Shown here: in pieces, positions 39,415 to 49,454 of the stretch
Numbering within the stretch: position 1 is the stretch's first letter
Layout of the letters: every line of letters begins with the position of its first letter
Assembly (NCBI GenBank): GCA_016930235.1
Contig: JAFGHI010000063.1
Location: 799 to 64,798, forward strand
Direction: 5' to 3'
Source of the DNA: Candidatus Omnitrophota bacterium
GTDB lineage: Bacteria > Omnitrophota > Omnitrophia > Omnitrophales > Aquincolibacteriaceae
Length of the DNA stretch: 64,000 nt
Program-made: the position numbers and the translations under genes
The notes under the pieces: generated by a model
What the model was told of the DNA's origin: nothing
What the model saw: the letters and a program-made list of their open reading frames with translations, nothing else
Database searches by the model: none

Positions 39415-40866
39415 ATGATGGAAAAAGACAGAAGACATTCAGGAAGAAGAATGCACGGGAATTTTAATCACCGTCAAAATTATAACGGAGGGAGTCGGCA
39501 TTTTCGTCATGATGCTCATAAGTCGCAGCAGCATCAGAATCCGAATCGAAATGAAGACGCCCCAGCCGCGGTGACCGAGGAGCGCCGCCCAAAGCCTGGT
39601 GAAAAGGCTTTTGCTGTTGCCAGTCTCAAGAAGTTAAAGGTGGCCGAATTGCATCAACTGGCCAAAAAATTTGATATTGGACCGACGGCCGGGATTAAGA
39701 AACAAGATCTTATTTTTAAGATTTTGCAAACACAAGCGGAACGTTCAGGTCTTATGTTCGGAGAAGGTGTTTTGGAGATTTTAGATGATGGTTTTGGGTT
39801 TTTAAGATCTCCTAATTATAACTATCTCCCTTCACCGGACGACATTTATGTTTCCCCAAGTCAAATCCGAAGATTCAATCTTCGGACAGGCGATATCGTA
39901 AGCGGGGAAATTCGTCCACCAAAAGAAGGCGAGCGTTATTTTGCTCTATTGAAAGTGGAGTTGGTCAATTTTGAGGATCCGGAAGGATTGAGAGACAAGA
40001 TTCCTTTTGATAACTTAACGCCGCTTTATCCGGAGAGAAGGATTAAACTCGAAACGAGCCCCGAAGAAGTTTCGATGCGAGTCATGGATTTGTTGACGCC
40101 GCTCGGTTTCGGACAACGCGGACTTATCGTGGCGCCGCCCTACAGCGGGAAGACAATACTGCTTCAGAAAATCGCCAATAGCATTACGGCGAATCATCCT
40201 GACACGTATATGATTATCCTACTGATTGACGAACGACCGGAAGAAGTAACAGATATGGAACGCTCAGTTAAAGGGGAGGTCATTTCTTCGACATTTGATG
40301 AGCCTGCCGAACGACATGTTCAAGTGGCGGAGATCGTGCTTGAAAAGGCCAAACGGTTGGTTGAGCACAAGAAAGACGTGGTTATTCTTTTGGACAGCAT
40401 TACGCGTCTTGCTCGCGCTTACAACACAGTGGTACCTCATTCCGGGAAAATTCTCTCAGGCGGTGTGGATTCCAGCGCCCTTCATAAACCGAAACGTTTT
40501 TTTGGGGCTGCTCGAAACATTGAAGAGGGTGGGAGTTTGACGATTATTGCAACAGCTTTGGTTGACACAGGTTCGCGTATGGATGAAGTGATTTTCGAAG
40601 AGTTTAAAGGAACTGGAAACATGGAATTGCAGCTTGACCGTAACCTATTCCAGCGCCGCATCTATCCGGCCATTGATGTAAAGAAATCAAACACGAGAAA
40701 AGAAGATATGTTGATGCATCCGGATGAATTGAGCCGGGTTTGGATCCTTCGCAAAGTCCTGAATGAGTTGAACCCGACGGAGGCGATGGAGCTTTTAGTC
40801 GAGCGTTTGAAGAAGACAAAATCAAACGCCGAATTCCTCCTCAGCATGAATAAAATTGATAAATGA
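39415..40866 (+). CDS. rho: Transcription termination factor Rho with a roughly 65-aa H/N/R/Q-rich N-terminal extension
   Basis: The canonical Rho N-terminal domain begins near [22 protein letters not shown]. The Walker [12 protein letters not shown] is present. Confidence 0.95.
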   Translation: MMEKDRRHSGRRMHGNFNHRQNYNGGSRHFRHDAHKSQQHQNPNRNEDAPAAVTEERRPKPGEKAFAVASLKKLKVAELHQLAKKFDIGPTAGIKKQDLIFKILQTQAERSGLMFGEGVLEILDDGFGFLRSPNYNYLPSPDDIYVSPSQIRRFNLRTGDIVSGEIRPPKEGERYFALLKVELVNFEDPEGLRDKIPFDNLTPLYPERRIKLETSPEEVSMRVMDLLTPLGFGQRGLIVAPPYSGKTILLQKIANSITANHPDTYMIILLIDERPEEVTDMERSVKGEVISSTFDEPAERHVQVAEIVLEKAKRLVEHKKDVVILLDSITRLARAYNTVVPHSGKILSGGVDSSALHKPKRFFGAARNIEEGGSLTIIATALVDTGSRMDEVIFEEFKGTGNMELQLDRNLFQRRIYPAIDVKKSNTRKEDMLMHPDELSRVWILRKVLNELNPTEAMELLVERLKKTKSNAEFLLSMNKIDK

Positions 40867-40897
40867 GGAATAATAAAATAAAAGGAGAAGTTGAACG

Positions 40898-41200
40898 ATG
40901 AAAGAAAAAATCCATCCAGAATATGGCAAAACAGCCTTTCGCTGTGCTTGTGGAAATGTTATTGAAACACGCAGCGTCATACGTGGAAATATGCAAGTTG
41001 ATGTTTGCTCAGCGTGCCATCCCTTTTTTACCGGGAAGCAGAAGCTTATGGATACAGCAGGCCGAATCGATCGGTTCAAGAAGAAGTTTGGATCGAAGAT
41101 CGCTCTTGGTGGGGCGAAGAAAGTAAAGAAAGTAGCTCCGAAAAAAGCCAAAGAGGTCGAGGAAAAGCCTGTCGTTGAGAAACAAGAAAAGCAAGGCTAA
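40898..41200 (+). CDS. rpmE: 50S ribosomal protein L31 with a lysine-rich C-terminal tail
   Basis: The CxxC...CxxC zinc ribbon is present (CACGN...CSACHPFF), followed by an extra roughly 30-aa tail [19 protein letters not shown]. Confidence 0.85.
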   Translation: MKEKIHPEYGKTAFRCACGNVIETRSVIRGNMQVDVCSACHPFFTGKQKLMDTAGRIDRFKKKFGSKIALGGAKKVKKVAPKKAKEVEEKPVVEKQEKQG

Positions 41201-41214
41201 GGCGGGAGAAACCA

Positions 41215-42294
41215 GTGATTTTTCTTGATCGCCTAAAAAGGATTGAGGCTAGGTTGTGTGAAGTTGAAAAAGAACTTTCGGACCCCGAGGTAGTTAAAAA
41301 GCAGCCTCAGTTTCAGAAGCTCACGAAAGAATTAGCTGGCCTACGTCCAGTTGTCGAAGCGTTTCAGTCTTATAAAAAGATGGAAAATGAGATGACTGGA
41401 TTGGCGGATCATCTTCAAGAAGGTGACCTCGATCAAGAAATGAGGCGGCTTTATGAGGATGAAATCCGAGCGCTTGAGGCGAGGAAAAAAGAGACGGTTT
41501 TAGAGCTTGAAAAGCTTCTTTTGAAAGAAGACGATCCGAATTCAGGGAGAGATGTTATTGTTGAAATTAGGGCAGGAACGGGCGGAGATGAAGCGACCCT
41601 TTTTGTTGCTAATTTGTTTAGGATGTACTCAAAATATGCGGCTGCTCACCGCTTGTCTTTTGAGGTAATCAATTCCAACCCGACAGGAATTGGGGGATTC
41701 AAGGAAATTTCCTTCGGCGTAGGAGGAATGGATGCTTATGTGCTTTTTAAATATGAGATGGGAATTCACCGGGTTCAAAGGGTACCGGTCACAGAATCGA
41801 GCGGCAGAATTCATACTTCAGCGGTAACGGTGGCTGTGCTCCCGGAAGTTGATGAAGGAGAACTTGAGATAGACCCAAGCGATCTTAAAATCGACGTTTT
41901 TAGAGCTTCGGGGGCGGGTGGGCAGCATGTGAATAAAACCGAATCAGCTGTCCGCATTACGCATCTACCGTCAGGGGTTGTTGTGAGTTGTCAGGATGAA
42001 CGGTCTCAGCATAAGAATCGGGCAAAGGCCATGCGGGTGTTAAGGGCAAGGCTTTATGATGCTATGCAGCAAAAACAAATGGCCGAAATAGCCAAGCAAA
42101 GAAAAGATCAAATTGGATCAGGGGATCGCTCCGGGAAAATAAGGACTTATAACTTTCCAGATCAACGAGTTACGGATCATCGAATCGGTTTGACTTTGCA
42201 TAGCCTCGATGATATTTTAGACGGCCATTTAGAGCCCATCGTTCAGGCTTTAGAGCAGGACGAAAGAGAGCGGAAACTCACAGATGCAGCATGA
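41215..42294 (+). CDS. prfA: Peptide chain release factor 1
   Basis: The GGQ motif (SGAGGQHVN) and a PxT-type recognition region are present. Confidence 0.95.
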   Translation: MIFLDRLKRIEARLCEVEKELSDPEVVKKQPQFQKLTKELAGLRPVVEAFQSYKKMENEMTGLADHLQEGDLDQEMRRLYEDEIRALEARKKETVLELEKLLLKEDDPNSGRDVIVEIRAGTGGDEATLFVANLFRMYSKYAAAHRLSFEVINSNPTGIGGFKEISFGVGGMDAYVLFKYEMGIHRVQRVPVTESSGRIHTSAVTVAVLPEVDEGELEIDPSDLKIDVFRASGAGGQHVNKTESAVRITHLPSGVVVSCQDERSQHKNRAKAMRVLRARLYDAMQQKQMAEIAKQRKDQIGSGDRSGKIRTYNFPDQRVTDHRIGLTLHSLDDILDGHLEPIVQALEQDERERKLTDAA

Positions 42295-43217
42295 GAACCG
42301 CGGCTAGACCTAAGAGTTTAAATACCCGTAAGTTGGGGCCTATCTATTCATTGGGGAAGGTCGAGGTAAGCCGTCTCCTTCAGTGGGGGAGGAGAGAGCT
42401 TCGAGATCTCGGAGAAGAAGAGGCCCGGGCGAGCGCTGAACGGTTGTTGGAAGAAATACTTCAGATCAACCGTTCAGCGGTGTACTTAGATCTCGCAAAA
42501 GAAGTCACCCAAGACCAAGCCAAAGAATTCAGCAGGCTTGTGATTCTCCGCAAGGAGAGGATGCCCCTTGCTTATTTAGTGAAGAGGGCTTATTTTCGGG
42601 ACGAAGTAGTGGAAGTTGGGCCAGGTTGTTTGATCCCGAGACCTGAAACGGAGTTGCTCATTGAAAATTTTCTTAAAGAAGATCAGGATGTCCTCACGAG
42701 AGATTTCGAATTTCTCGATTTGGGAACTGGCTCAGGCGCCTTGGGGATTTCGCTCTTAAGGGTTCTTCCTCGAGCGCGAGGGACGCTTTCAGATATTTCT
42801 CCTGAAGCGCTTGAATATGCCGAATCAAATCTAAAACGGTATAAACTCGAGGAACGAAGTCGGATAATTTTATCGGACTTATTTGAATGCTTTAAAAGGC
42901 AGAAGGCCGTCCCAAAGTGGGATGCTATTTTCTGCAATGCTCCTTACCTTTCAGCCAAAGATCTTCGGGAGGCACAACCCGAGATTTGTTTTGAGCCAAG
43001 GGTTGCCTTGGATGGAGGTGAGGACGGACTCGATTTTTATCGCAGACTTTTTCGAGAGTGTGCGAATTTTTTGAAATGCCATGGGGCTCTCATTTTAGAA
43101 ATCGGCTCAACGCAAAGGGAAAGATTAACCTTGATGATTCGCGAACTGAACTTATTTTCATCGGTTCATAGTTATCAAGATTTAGCCGGGCTGGATCGAG
43201 TCATCATAGCCCGATAG
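42291..43217 (+). CDS. prmC: Release factor glutamine methyltransferase PrmC/HemK
   Basis: The SAM motif LDLGTGSGA and the substrate motif NAPY (a variant of NPPY) are present. The start overlaps the prfA stop. Confidence 0.85.
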   Translation: MRTAARPKSLNTRKLGPIYSLGKVEVSRLLQWGRRELRDLGEEEARASAERLLEEILQINRSAVYLDLAKEVTQDQAKEFSRLVILRKERMPLAYLVKRAYFRDEVVEVGPGCLIPRPETELLIENFLKEDQDVLTRDFEFLDLGTGSGALGISLLRVLPRARGTLSDISPEALEYAESNLKRYKLEERSRIILSDLFECFKRQKAVPKWDAIFCNAPYLSAKDLREAQPEICFEPRVALDGGEDGLDFYRRLFRECANFLKCHGALILEIGSTQRERLTLMIRELNLFSSVHSYQDLAGLDRVIIAR

Positions 43218-43223
43218 GATACA

Positions 43224-44489
43224 ATGGATAAAATTGTCATTACTGGCGGGAGAAAATTAAAGGGCGACATTGAAATTTCGGGCGCGAAGAATGCGGCTTT
43301 GCCCATCATGGCGGCTGCACTCCTAACAGATGAAGAATCGGTGATTGAGAATGTCCCTGATCTCAGAGACATTCAAACGATGATTAGATTGTTGAGGTCC
43401 TTGGGTGTAAAAGCTCTTTATGATCATGGGCGCGTTTTGGTTCGACCGGGGAAAAGTTTAAAGCCGATTGCTTCTTATAAATTAGTGAGTACAATGCGTG
43501 CTTCCGTGTGTGTTTTGGGGCCCCTTCTTGCTCGGATGGGAGAGGCTCAAGTATCCTTGCCCGGTGGTTGCGTGATCGGGCCCAGACCCATTGATCTTCA
43601 TCTAAAAGGACTTGAAGCTTTAGGTGCGCAGATCGAGGTTCAGCACGGTTATGTGAATGCCCGGGCGATTAAGAAATTGAAGGGCAATGATATTTATTTG
43701 GGAGGAGCTTTTGGCTCCTCAGTTTTAGCAACAGCCAATGTGATGATGGCGGCCGTTCTTGCTCGTGGAGTGACCACGATAGAGAATGCGGCTTGTGAAC
43801 CCGAGATTGTTGATTTGGCTCGATTTTTGAAAAAAATGGGTGCTAAGATAGCCGGAGAAGGATCCCCAAGTATTGAAATTGAAGGAGTTAAAAAGTTAAA
43901 GGGAGTCCGTTATGGGATAATTCCCGACCGGATTGAAGCGGGGACTTATATGGTGGCCTCCGCGATGGCGGGAGGGGATGTGAATATCCGGCAAGTGGAG
44001 CCGAGCCATCAAAATGCTTTGATCGATAAATTTCGGGAAGCGGGCATCCGCGTGGATAAAATGAAGACATCCATCCGTATCCGGCGATCAGGCCGTTTGA
44101 AACCGGTTGATGTGGCAACTCTTTCATATCCCGGGTTTCCAACGGATCTACAGGCTCAGATGATGGCGTTAATGACGGTGACACCTGGAATTAGTGTGAT
44201 CACCGAAAAAATTTATCCTGATCGATTTATGCATGTCAGTGAATTAAACAGAATGGGCGCAAGAATTTTCCTAGAGGGCCCAAGCGCAATTGTTCATGGC
44301 GTCAAACGCTTGAGCGGGGCTCCTGTGATGGCTTCCGATTTGAGGGCAAGCGCGGCTCTTGTCATTGCCGGACTTGTTGCGGAGGGAACGACAGAAGTAC
44401 AGCGTGTCTATCATTTAGACCGTGGGTATGAGAAGTTAGAAATTAAATTATCTTCGTTGGGGGCATCGGTCCACCGCGAAAAAGAGTAA
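43224..44489 (+). CDS. murA: UDP-N-acetylglucosamine 1-carboxyvinyltransferase
   Basis: The 421-aa EPSP-synthase-fold MurA carries the catalytic Cys (LPGGCVIG). Confidence 0.95.
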   Translation: MDKIVITGGRKLKGDIEISGAKNAALPIMAAALLTDEESVIENVPDLRDIQTMIRLLRSLGVKALYDHGRVLVRPGKSLKPIASYKLVSTMRASVCVLGPLLARMGEAQVSLPGGCVIGPRPIDLHLKGLEALGAQIEVQHGYVNARAIKKLKGNDIYLGGAFGSSVLATANVMMAAVLARGVTTIENAACEPEIVDLARFLKKMGAKIAGEGSPSIEIEGVKKLKGVRYGIIPDRIEAGTYMVASAMAGGDVNIRQVEPSHQNALIDKFREAGIRVDKMKTSIRIRRSGRLKPVDVATLSYPGFPTDLQAQMMALMTVTPGISVITEKIYPDRFMHVSELNRMGARIFLEGPSAIVHGVKRLSGAPVMASDLRASAALVIAGLVAEGTTEVQRVYHLDRGYEKLEIKLSSLGASVHREKE

Positions 44490-44547
44490 TAAAAGTAAGG
44501 ACCTAATATTTTGTTCAAAGGTTCTTACTTAAAAGAGGAGGTTTCAA

Positions 44548-44811
44548 TTGGCAGTTCGAATTCGATTAAAACGTTTCGGAACTAAAAATCGCTTGCAGTG
44601 GCGCGTAGTTGTCTCTGATGTCAAAATGCCGCGGGATGGCCGGTTTATCGAAGAAATCGGTTATTATGACCCGCTTCCTATTGATGAAAAGTTTGTGATT
44701 CAAAAGGACAGGCTGGATTATTGGTTGGGACAAGGTGCGCAGCTGAGTAGTTCGGTTAGAAGCTTGCTGAAACGGGCAAATAAAAAAGCCAAGAAGACAG
44801 CAAAAGCTTAA
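44548..44811 (+). CDS. rpsP: 30S ribosomal protein S16
   Basis: A TTG start with RBS AAGAGGAGG gives MAVRIRLKRFG. Confidence 0.9.
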   Translation: MAVRIRLKRFGTKNRLQWRVVVSDVKMPRDGRFIEEIGYYDPLPIDEKFVIQKDRLDYWLGQGAQLSSSVRSLLKRANKKAKKTAKA

Positions 44812-44826
44812 ATAGTCTGGATTGAA

Positions 44827-45519
44827 ATGAAACTTGAGATTGACATCGTGACGCTGTTTCCTCGCTTTTTCGATGGGCCTCTTCAAGAATCCATTCTTAA
44901 CCGTGCCCAACAAAAGCAGCACGTCAAGATTAGGGTTCACGATCTCAGAAAATACACGCATGATCGGCACAAAACCGCTGATGATAAACCGTTTGGCGGT
45001 GGTGCTGGCATGGTAATGAAGCCCGAACCAATTTTTGAGTGTGTAGAGGATATCCGGAAAAAAGGGTGGGTTGTTTTGCTCGATCCTCAAGGCGAGAGGA
45101 TGACACAGAGAATGGCTGCCCGATTGGCAAGAAAGCGACACATTATTTTTATCGCGGGGCATTATGAAGGTGTCGATCATCGAGTTAAAGAACACCTTGT
45201 TGATCAAGAAATCTCAGTCGGTGATTTTGTGACGATGGGGGGAGAAGCGCCTGCCGTATGTATTTTAGAAGCTGTGATCAGGCTTTTACCAGGCGTTTTA
45301 GGGAACAAAGATTCTCTAGTGCATGAAAGTTTCCAATCAGGATTGCTAGAGTACCCTCAATATACGCGTCCGAGGAATTTCCGCGGATGGAAGGTCCCAG
45401 ATATTTTGATGTCAGGGAATCATTGTGAAGTGGAAAAATGGCGCTCGCGAATAGCTCGTCAGTTAACGCAAAAAAAAAGACCTGATTTGTTAAAACTGAG
45501 TCAAAAAAGAAAAACTTAA
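44827..45519 (+). CDS. trmD: tRNA (guanine37-N1)-methyltransferase
   Basis: The SPOUT-fold TrmD motifs are present. The 3' end contains an A9 tract. Confidence 0.9.
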   Translation: MKLEIDIVTLFPRFFDGPLQESILNRAQQKQHVKIRVHDLRKYTHDRHKTADDKPFGGGAGMVMKPEPIFECVEDIRKKGWVVLLDPQGERMTQRMAARLARKRHIIFIAGHYEGVDHRVKEHLVDQEISVGDFVTMGGEAPAVCILEAVIRLLPGVLGNKDSLVHESFQSGLLEYPQYTRPRNFRGWKVPDILMSGNHCEVEKWRSRIARQLTQKKRPDLLKLSQKRKT

Positions 45520-45554
45520 TTGGTAATAATTCAATAGGGAATGAGGAGAAAACG

Positions 45555-45869
45555 GTGAAAGCGATTGAATGGATCGAAAAAGAAGTGAAGAAAAAGAAGG
45601 TTCCTGACTTTCGGCCAGGGGATACTTTGAAAGTTCATATTCGGGTCAAAGAAGGGGACAAAACACGCACTCAGCTTTTTGAAGGCGTTTGTATCCGACG
45701 ACGGGGGGTTGGGATCAATGCAAGTTTTTCGGTGGTTCGGGAAAGTCATGGGGATATAATCGAAAAACTATTCCCGCTTTACTCACCCAATGTTGAAAAG
45801 ATTGTAGTCAGCCGCAAAGGCAAAGCTAAGCGGGCCAAACTTTATCATCTTAGGAAAAAGAAAAGCTAA
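45555..45869 (+). CDS. rplS: 50S ribosomal protein L19
   Basis: A 104-aa L19 with the GDTLKVHIRVKEG segment. Confidence 0.9.
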   Translation: MKAIEWIEKEVKKKKVPDFRPGDTLKVHIRVKEGDKTRTQLFEGVCIRRRGVGINASFSVVRESHGDIIEKLFPLYSPNVEKIVVSRKGKAKRAKLYHLRKKKS

Positions 45870-45888
45870 TTATTGATTAAGGAGTGCA

Positions 45889-46536
45889 GTGGAATCAGAG
45901 CGGTTCGATTGCCTTCGCGCTTTTGATCTGTCCGAAATTTCGGACAGGGGGAATTTGTTGGCAGGAGTTGATGAAGCCGGCCGGGGGCCACTCGCGGGGC
46001 CGGTTGTTGCCGCAGCGGTTATCCTTCCAATTAACGTTGTGATTCTTGGTTTGAACGATTCAAAGAAAATCTCACCCCGCCGCCGTGAGATTCTTTATGA
46101 AGACATTAAAGGGAAGTGTCTTGTGGGGGTCGGTATTGCCGATGAACAAGAGATCGATACCTTGAATATCCTGCAAGCTTCCCGTTTAGCCATGAAAAAA
46201 GCTGTGCTCGCCCTTCCTTGTACGCCCGATTTAGTATTAATAGATGGTCGCGAAACGTTGGATCTTGCTTTCCCTCAAAAGGCCGTTATCGGCGGGGATG
46301 GAAAATCAGCAAGCATTGCGGCTGCGTCAATTATTGCGAAGGTTTATCGCGACCGGTTAATGGACGAGTGGCATGAAACTTATCCCGCCTATAACTTTAA
46401 GAAGCATAAAGGTTATCCAACCCGTGATCATATTCAGAAAATCAGGGAGGTCGGGCCTTGCCCTATCCATCGGAAAAGCTTTGGACCCGTTCAAGAAGCA
46501 TGGCAGCAGCTCGGAATAACAGAAAATTCATTTTGA
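45889..46536 (+). CDS. rnhB: Ribonuclease HII
   Basis: The catalytic GVDEAGRGPLAGPVV motif is present. Confidence 0.9.
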   Translation: MESERFDCLRAFDLSEISDRGNLLAGVDEAGRGPLAGPVVAAAVILPINVVILGLNDSKKISPRRREILYEDIKGKCLVGVGIADEQEIDTLNILQASRLAMKKAVLALPCTPDLVLIDGRETLDLAFPQKAVIGGDGKSASIAAASIIAKVYRDRLMDEWHETYPAYNFKKHKGYPTRDHIQKIREVGPCPIHRKSFGPVQEAWQQLGITENSF

Positions 46537-46916
46537 AGAAGGATTTCAATTTCTCTTTGGGAAAGCGCGGAGAAATCATGGCTTGGAATTATTTGATCGA
46601 AAAAGGTTACAAGCTTCTTGAAAAAAATTACAGCTGTCGCTTGGGCGAAATTGATGTAGTAGCAAAAAAAGAAGGTCGGTACCGGTTCGTTGAGATTAAA
46701 ACTCGTGCTCAAAAGCGGTTCGGTATGCCGGAGGAATCCGTGCATCACGTTAAACAAAAAAGACTTGTTCGGCTGGCTTTATGGTATCTTAAAGAAAAGA
46801 AATTGGGTGAACCTCCCGTCAGTTTTGATGTTTTGTCGGTTTACTATGATGGCGAGGATGAACCAGGAATCCGGCTTATTGAAAATGCCTTTTCTGTCGA
46901 TAATGAAATCGGATAA
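46500..46916 (+). CDS. yraN: YraN/UPF0102-family predicted endonuclease
   Basis: The GKRGE and GEIDVVAKK...FVEIKTR motifs are present. The start is chosen at the in-frame ATG 46500, overlapping the rnhB end. The ORF-track start 46458 is also possible. Confidence 0.7.
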   Translation: MAAARNNRKFILKKDFNFSLGKRGEIMAWNYLIEKGYKLLEKNYSCRLGEIDVVAKKEGRYRFVEIKTRAQKRFGMPEESVHHVKQKRLVRLALWYLKEKKLGEPPVSFDVLSVYYDGEDEPGIRLIENAFSVDNEIG

Positions 46917-49328
46917 ATGAATCATCTTTCTCGGCTTTTAACCAATTTATTAAAACCTTTAATTGAAATTCGCCCTGGCGAGCGCGCTAAAACGCTTGTC
47001 ATGTTCGTCTATTTCTTCCTGATTATCGCTTCGGTCTGGATCTTAAAACCCGTCAGGGACTCACTTTTCCTTGAAGAGCTCGGGGCAAAAAATCTTCGCT
47101 ATATTTACATTGCCGAAGCCGGTTTTATGGTTGCTATTGTTTGGGGGTTTTCGCAATTTGCCAGGAGGGTGACCCAAAAGGTTCTTTATACAGGAGTCTT
47201 ATCGTTTTATATCGTGTGCCTTTTATTTTTTTGGATTTTGTTTCATTGGAAAGTTCCCTATCTATCTTTCTTTTTCTATATCTGGGTTGCGTCTTATTCC
47301 ATTGCAATGACAACGTTATTCTTTACTTTGGCCAATGATATCTTTAATCCCCAAGAAGCGAGGCGTCTGTTTGGCCTTATTCTCAGCGGAGGGAGCATTG
47401 GAGGAGTTCTTGGAGGATTGATAACGGAAAAACTGGCTGTTTTGCTTCATACTGAGAATCTTTTACTGGTGGTTGCTGTTATTATTAGCGCGTGTTGCCT
47501 TTTAGTTGGGATGATGTGGAAACACATTTCTCCGACCATCGATCACGCACCTCTTCCTAATGATCCCCCTCAAGAAAACAAGGGTAAAGCTGAACAGACG
47601 GTCCCTTTCCCGTCCGCGAAGAAACTTTTTACTGGATCTTCTTATTTGATGATGCTGGCGGGCCTCGTCATGATCGTTAAGATATCTTCTGCTGTTGTGG
47701 ACAATCAATTTAAAGGTATCGTTGAAGCATCGATTATCGGACTTGATTCCCGGACAGCTTTTTTGGGAGGATTTTTTAAGTGGCTCAATGCAGCTTCCTT
47801 TTTTAGCCAACTGTTTTTGACAAGTTTGGCTTTGAGATATTTAGGGGTCGGAATTTCCCTCTGGATTTTGCCGGTAGGACTGGCCATCGGGTCTGTTTTT
47901 AGTTTCTTGAATCCTATTCTTTTGACTGGGGGGGCTATAAAACTTTTTGACGGCAGTGGAAATTATTCGATTCAACAAGCGTGTCGGGAAGTTCTTTATC
48001 TACCGGTTCCGAGCAAGGTTCGGTATAGGGTCAAGCCGGTTATCGACATGCTGGGATTTCGTATTGCGAAGGGGTTGGGGGGTCTTTATATTGCCATTTT
48101 TGCCCCATTGCTTGGATTAGCTAATGAAAGATTAAGCTTGCTCGTTCTTCTTTTAATTCCCTTTTGGTTCATTCTTGCTTGGAGAATGAAAAAAGGATAT
48201 TCAAAGCTTTTGAAGGAACGGCTTGTTAAGAAGGGCAAATTTGATCAAGCTGTAAAAGCGCAGAGAGCGACGGATGTCTTGAGTATTCTCCATGACGAAA
48301 AAGGTTTTCATGATATCAAAGCTTTCATGAATCATCGATCTTCTTATGCTCGAAAATTGGCGGCGGCTGCTTATTTAGCCTATGCAAAGGCATCTAAGGA
48401 TGTTGGGCCGGCCAGGATTTTTATCAATCAGATGATTCAGCAGGAGGCATTTGACCAGGTTGAAGAGGCGGTCAATCAAGAGGGTTTGTTTGAGCGGGAT
48501 ATCTGTTTCTTGCAAGAATTGCTACAAGGAGAGGTGAAGGAAAAAGTTCCTAATGATGCAACATTCCGGGATTATTTGGACCGACATTCAGAAAGCGTTT
48601 TGTTGAAATTGGGAACAATTTTAAGGGATCCGGATTTGGGGTTGGCTATCAAGAGAAGAGCGGTTAGGCTAACAGAGATGATTCCCAAACAAGAATCGGT
48701 CGATCTTTTGCTTCACACACTTGCCAGCGCACAAGAGCATGCTTTCCGTTTCGTCATGATTAAAGCGCTGAATCGTTTGCAGACGCAAGACAAGACTTTG
48801 CGAATGAACCGATTTCTGATTAAAAGTGAGATTTCGAGAGAGGCAAAGATTCATGATAAAATTCAAAAAATCAGGTATTTTTACCATCAGCAACCATCCG
48901 TTACCGGTTCGGAAGATTATTTGGAAGTAGCGCTTAAGGCGATTTTGGAGGAGAGCCTTGAAAGGATTTTTTATTATCTTAATCTTTTGTATCCCGAGGA
49001 AGGGATTTTGGTCATTTTTGAGAGGATTCAGGAATATGCCGAAGATGATCCAGTTCGAGCGCATGCAGTTGAGCTTCTGAGCAATACTGTCGAGACAGAT
49101 CTTCATATTATTATTCACAAAATTTTGGATGGGCGAAAACTTCTGAAGGTAAAAGAAAGAGATATTATCGAAATTCTGAAAAATTTTGCAGGATCCCAAG
49201 ACCGTTGGTTTTCCATCACGAGTTACTTTTTGCTCTCAGGTCTTGGACTGACACAAAAATGGCCTGAACTAGCAGAGCTCGAAATTTTTCAGGATCTTGA
49301 TAGCAACCCATTTAAAGCAGAAACTTGA
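46917..49328 (+). CDS. TLC-family (ATP/ADP-translocase-like, Npt-type) 12-TM transporter fused to a C-terminal roughly 330-aa HEAT-like alpha-helical repeat domain
   Basis: The N-terminus LKPLIEIRPGERAKTLVMFVYFFLIIASVWILKPVRDSLF matches the TLC signature. The C-terminal segments DPDLGLAIKRRAVRL and DPVRAHAVELLSN are HEAT-like. The start abuts the yraN stop (TAAATG). Confidence 0.7.
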   Translation: MNHLSRLLTNLLKPLIEIRPGERAKTLVMFVYFFLIIASVWILKPVRDSLFLEELGAKNLRYIYIAEAGFMVAIVWGFSQFARRVTQKVLYTGVLSFYIVCLLFFWILFHWKVPYLSFFFYIWVASYSIAMTTLFFTLANDIFNPQEARRLFGLILSGGSIGGVLGGLITEKLAVLLHTENLLLVVAVIISACCLLVGMMWKHISPTIDHAPLPNDPPQENKGKAEQTVPFPSAKKLFTGSSYLMMLAGLVMIVKISSAVVDNQFKGIVEASIIGLDSRTAFLGGFFKWLNAASFFSQLFLTSLALRYLGVGISLWILPVGLAIGSVFSFLNPILLTGGAIKLFDGSGNYSIQQACREVLYLPVPSKVRYRVKPVIDMLGFRIAKGLGGLYIAIFAPLLGLANERLSLLVLLLIPFWFILAWRMKKGYSKLLKERLVKKGKFDQAVKAQRATDVLSILHDEKGFHDIKAFMNHRSSYARKLAAAAYLAYAKASKDVGPARIFINQMIQQEAFDQVEEAVNQEGLFERDICFLQELLQGEVKEKVPNDATFRDYLDRHSESVLLKLGTILRDPDLGLAIKRRAVRLTEMIPKQESVDLLLHTLASAQEHAFRFVMIKALNRLQTQDKTLRMNRFLIKSEISREAKIHDKIQKIRYFYHQQPSVTGSEDYLEVALKAILEESLERIFYYLNLLYPEEGILVIFERIQEYAEDDPVRAHAVELLSNTVETDLHIIIHKILDGRKLLKVKERDIIEILKNFAGSQDRWFSITSYFLLSGLGLTQKWPELAELEIFQDLDSNPFKAET

Positions 49329-49409
49329 TGGCCAGCCTCTAGCTTTGTTTTCGGGCGATAAGATTAACCTAAGTGCTTTTAAACGGGTGCGTTAAGAAAA
49401 GACAAGCCC

Positions 49410-49438
49410 TTGTCGAAAATTAATCAACAGGGTATAAT
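49410..49438 (+). promoter_or_regulatory. Sigma70-type promoter TTGTCG-17-TATAAT
   Basis: TTGTCG at 49410-49415 and TATAAT at 49433-49438 lie upstream of the Omp85-like gene. Confidence 0.55.
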
Positions 49439-49454
49439 GTTTTTACTTTAACAG

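Noticed and set aside
44566-45207. 213-aa minus-strand ORF
   Set aside because: It is fully antisense to rpsP and trmD, which have unmistakable conserved products. It has no RBS and an odd composition. It is a shadow ORF.
48669-49199. 176-aa minus-strand ORF
   Set aside because: It is antisense to the HEAT-repeat part of the TLC-HEAT gene. The plus-strand frame shows coherent helical repeats. I judged it spurious.
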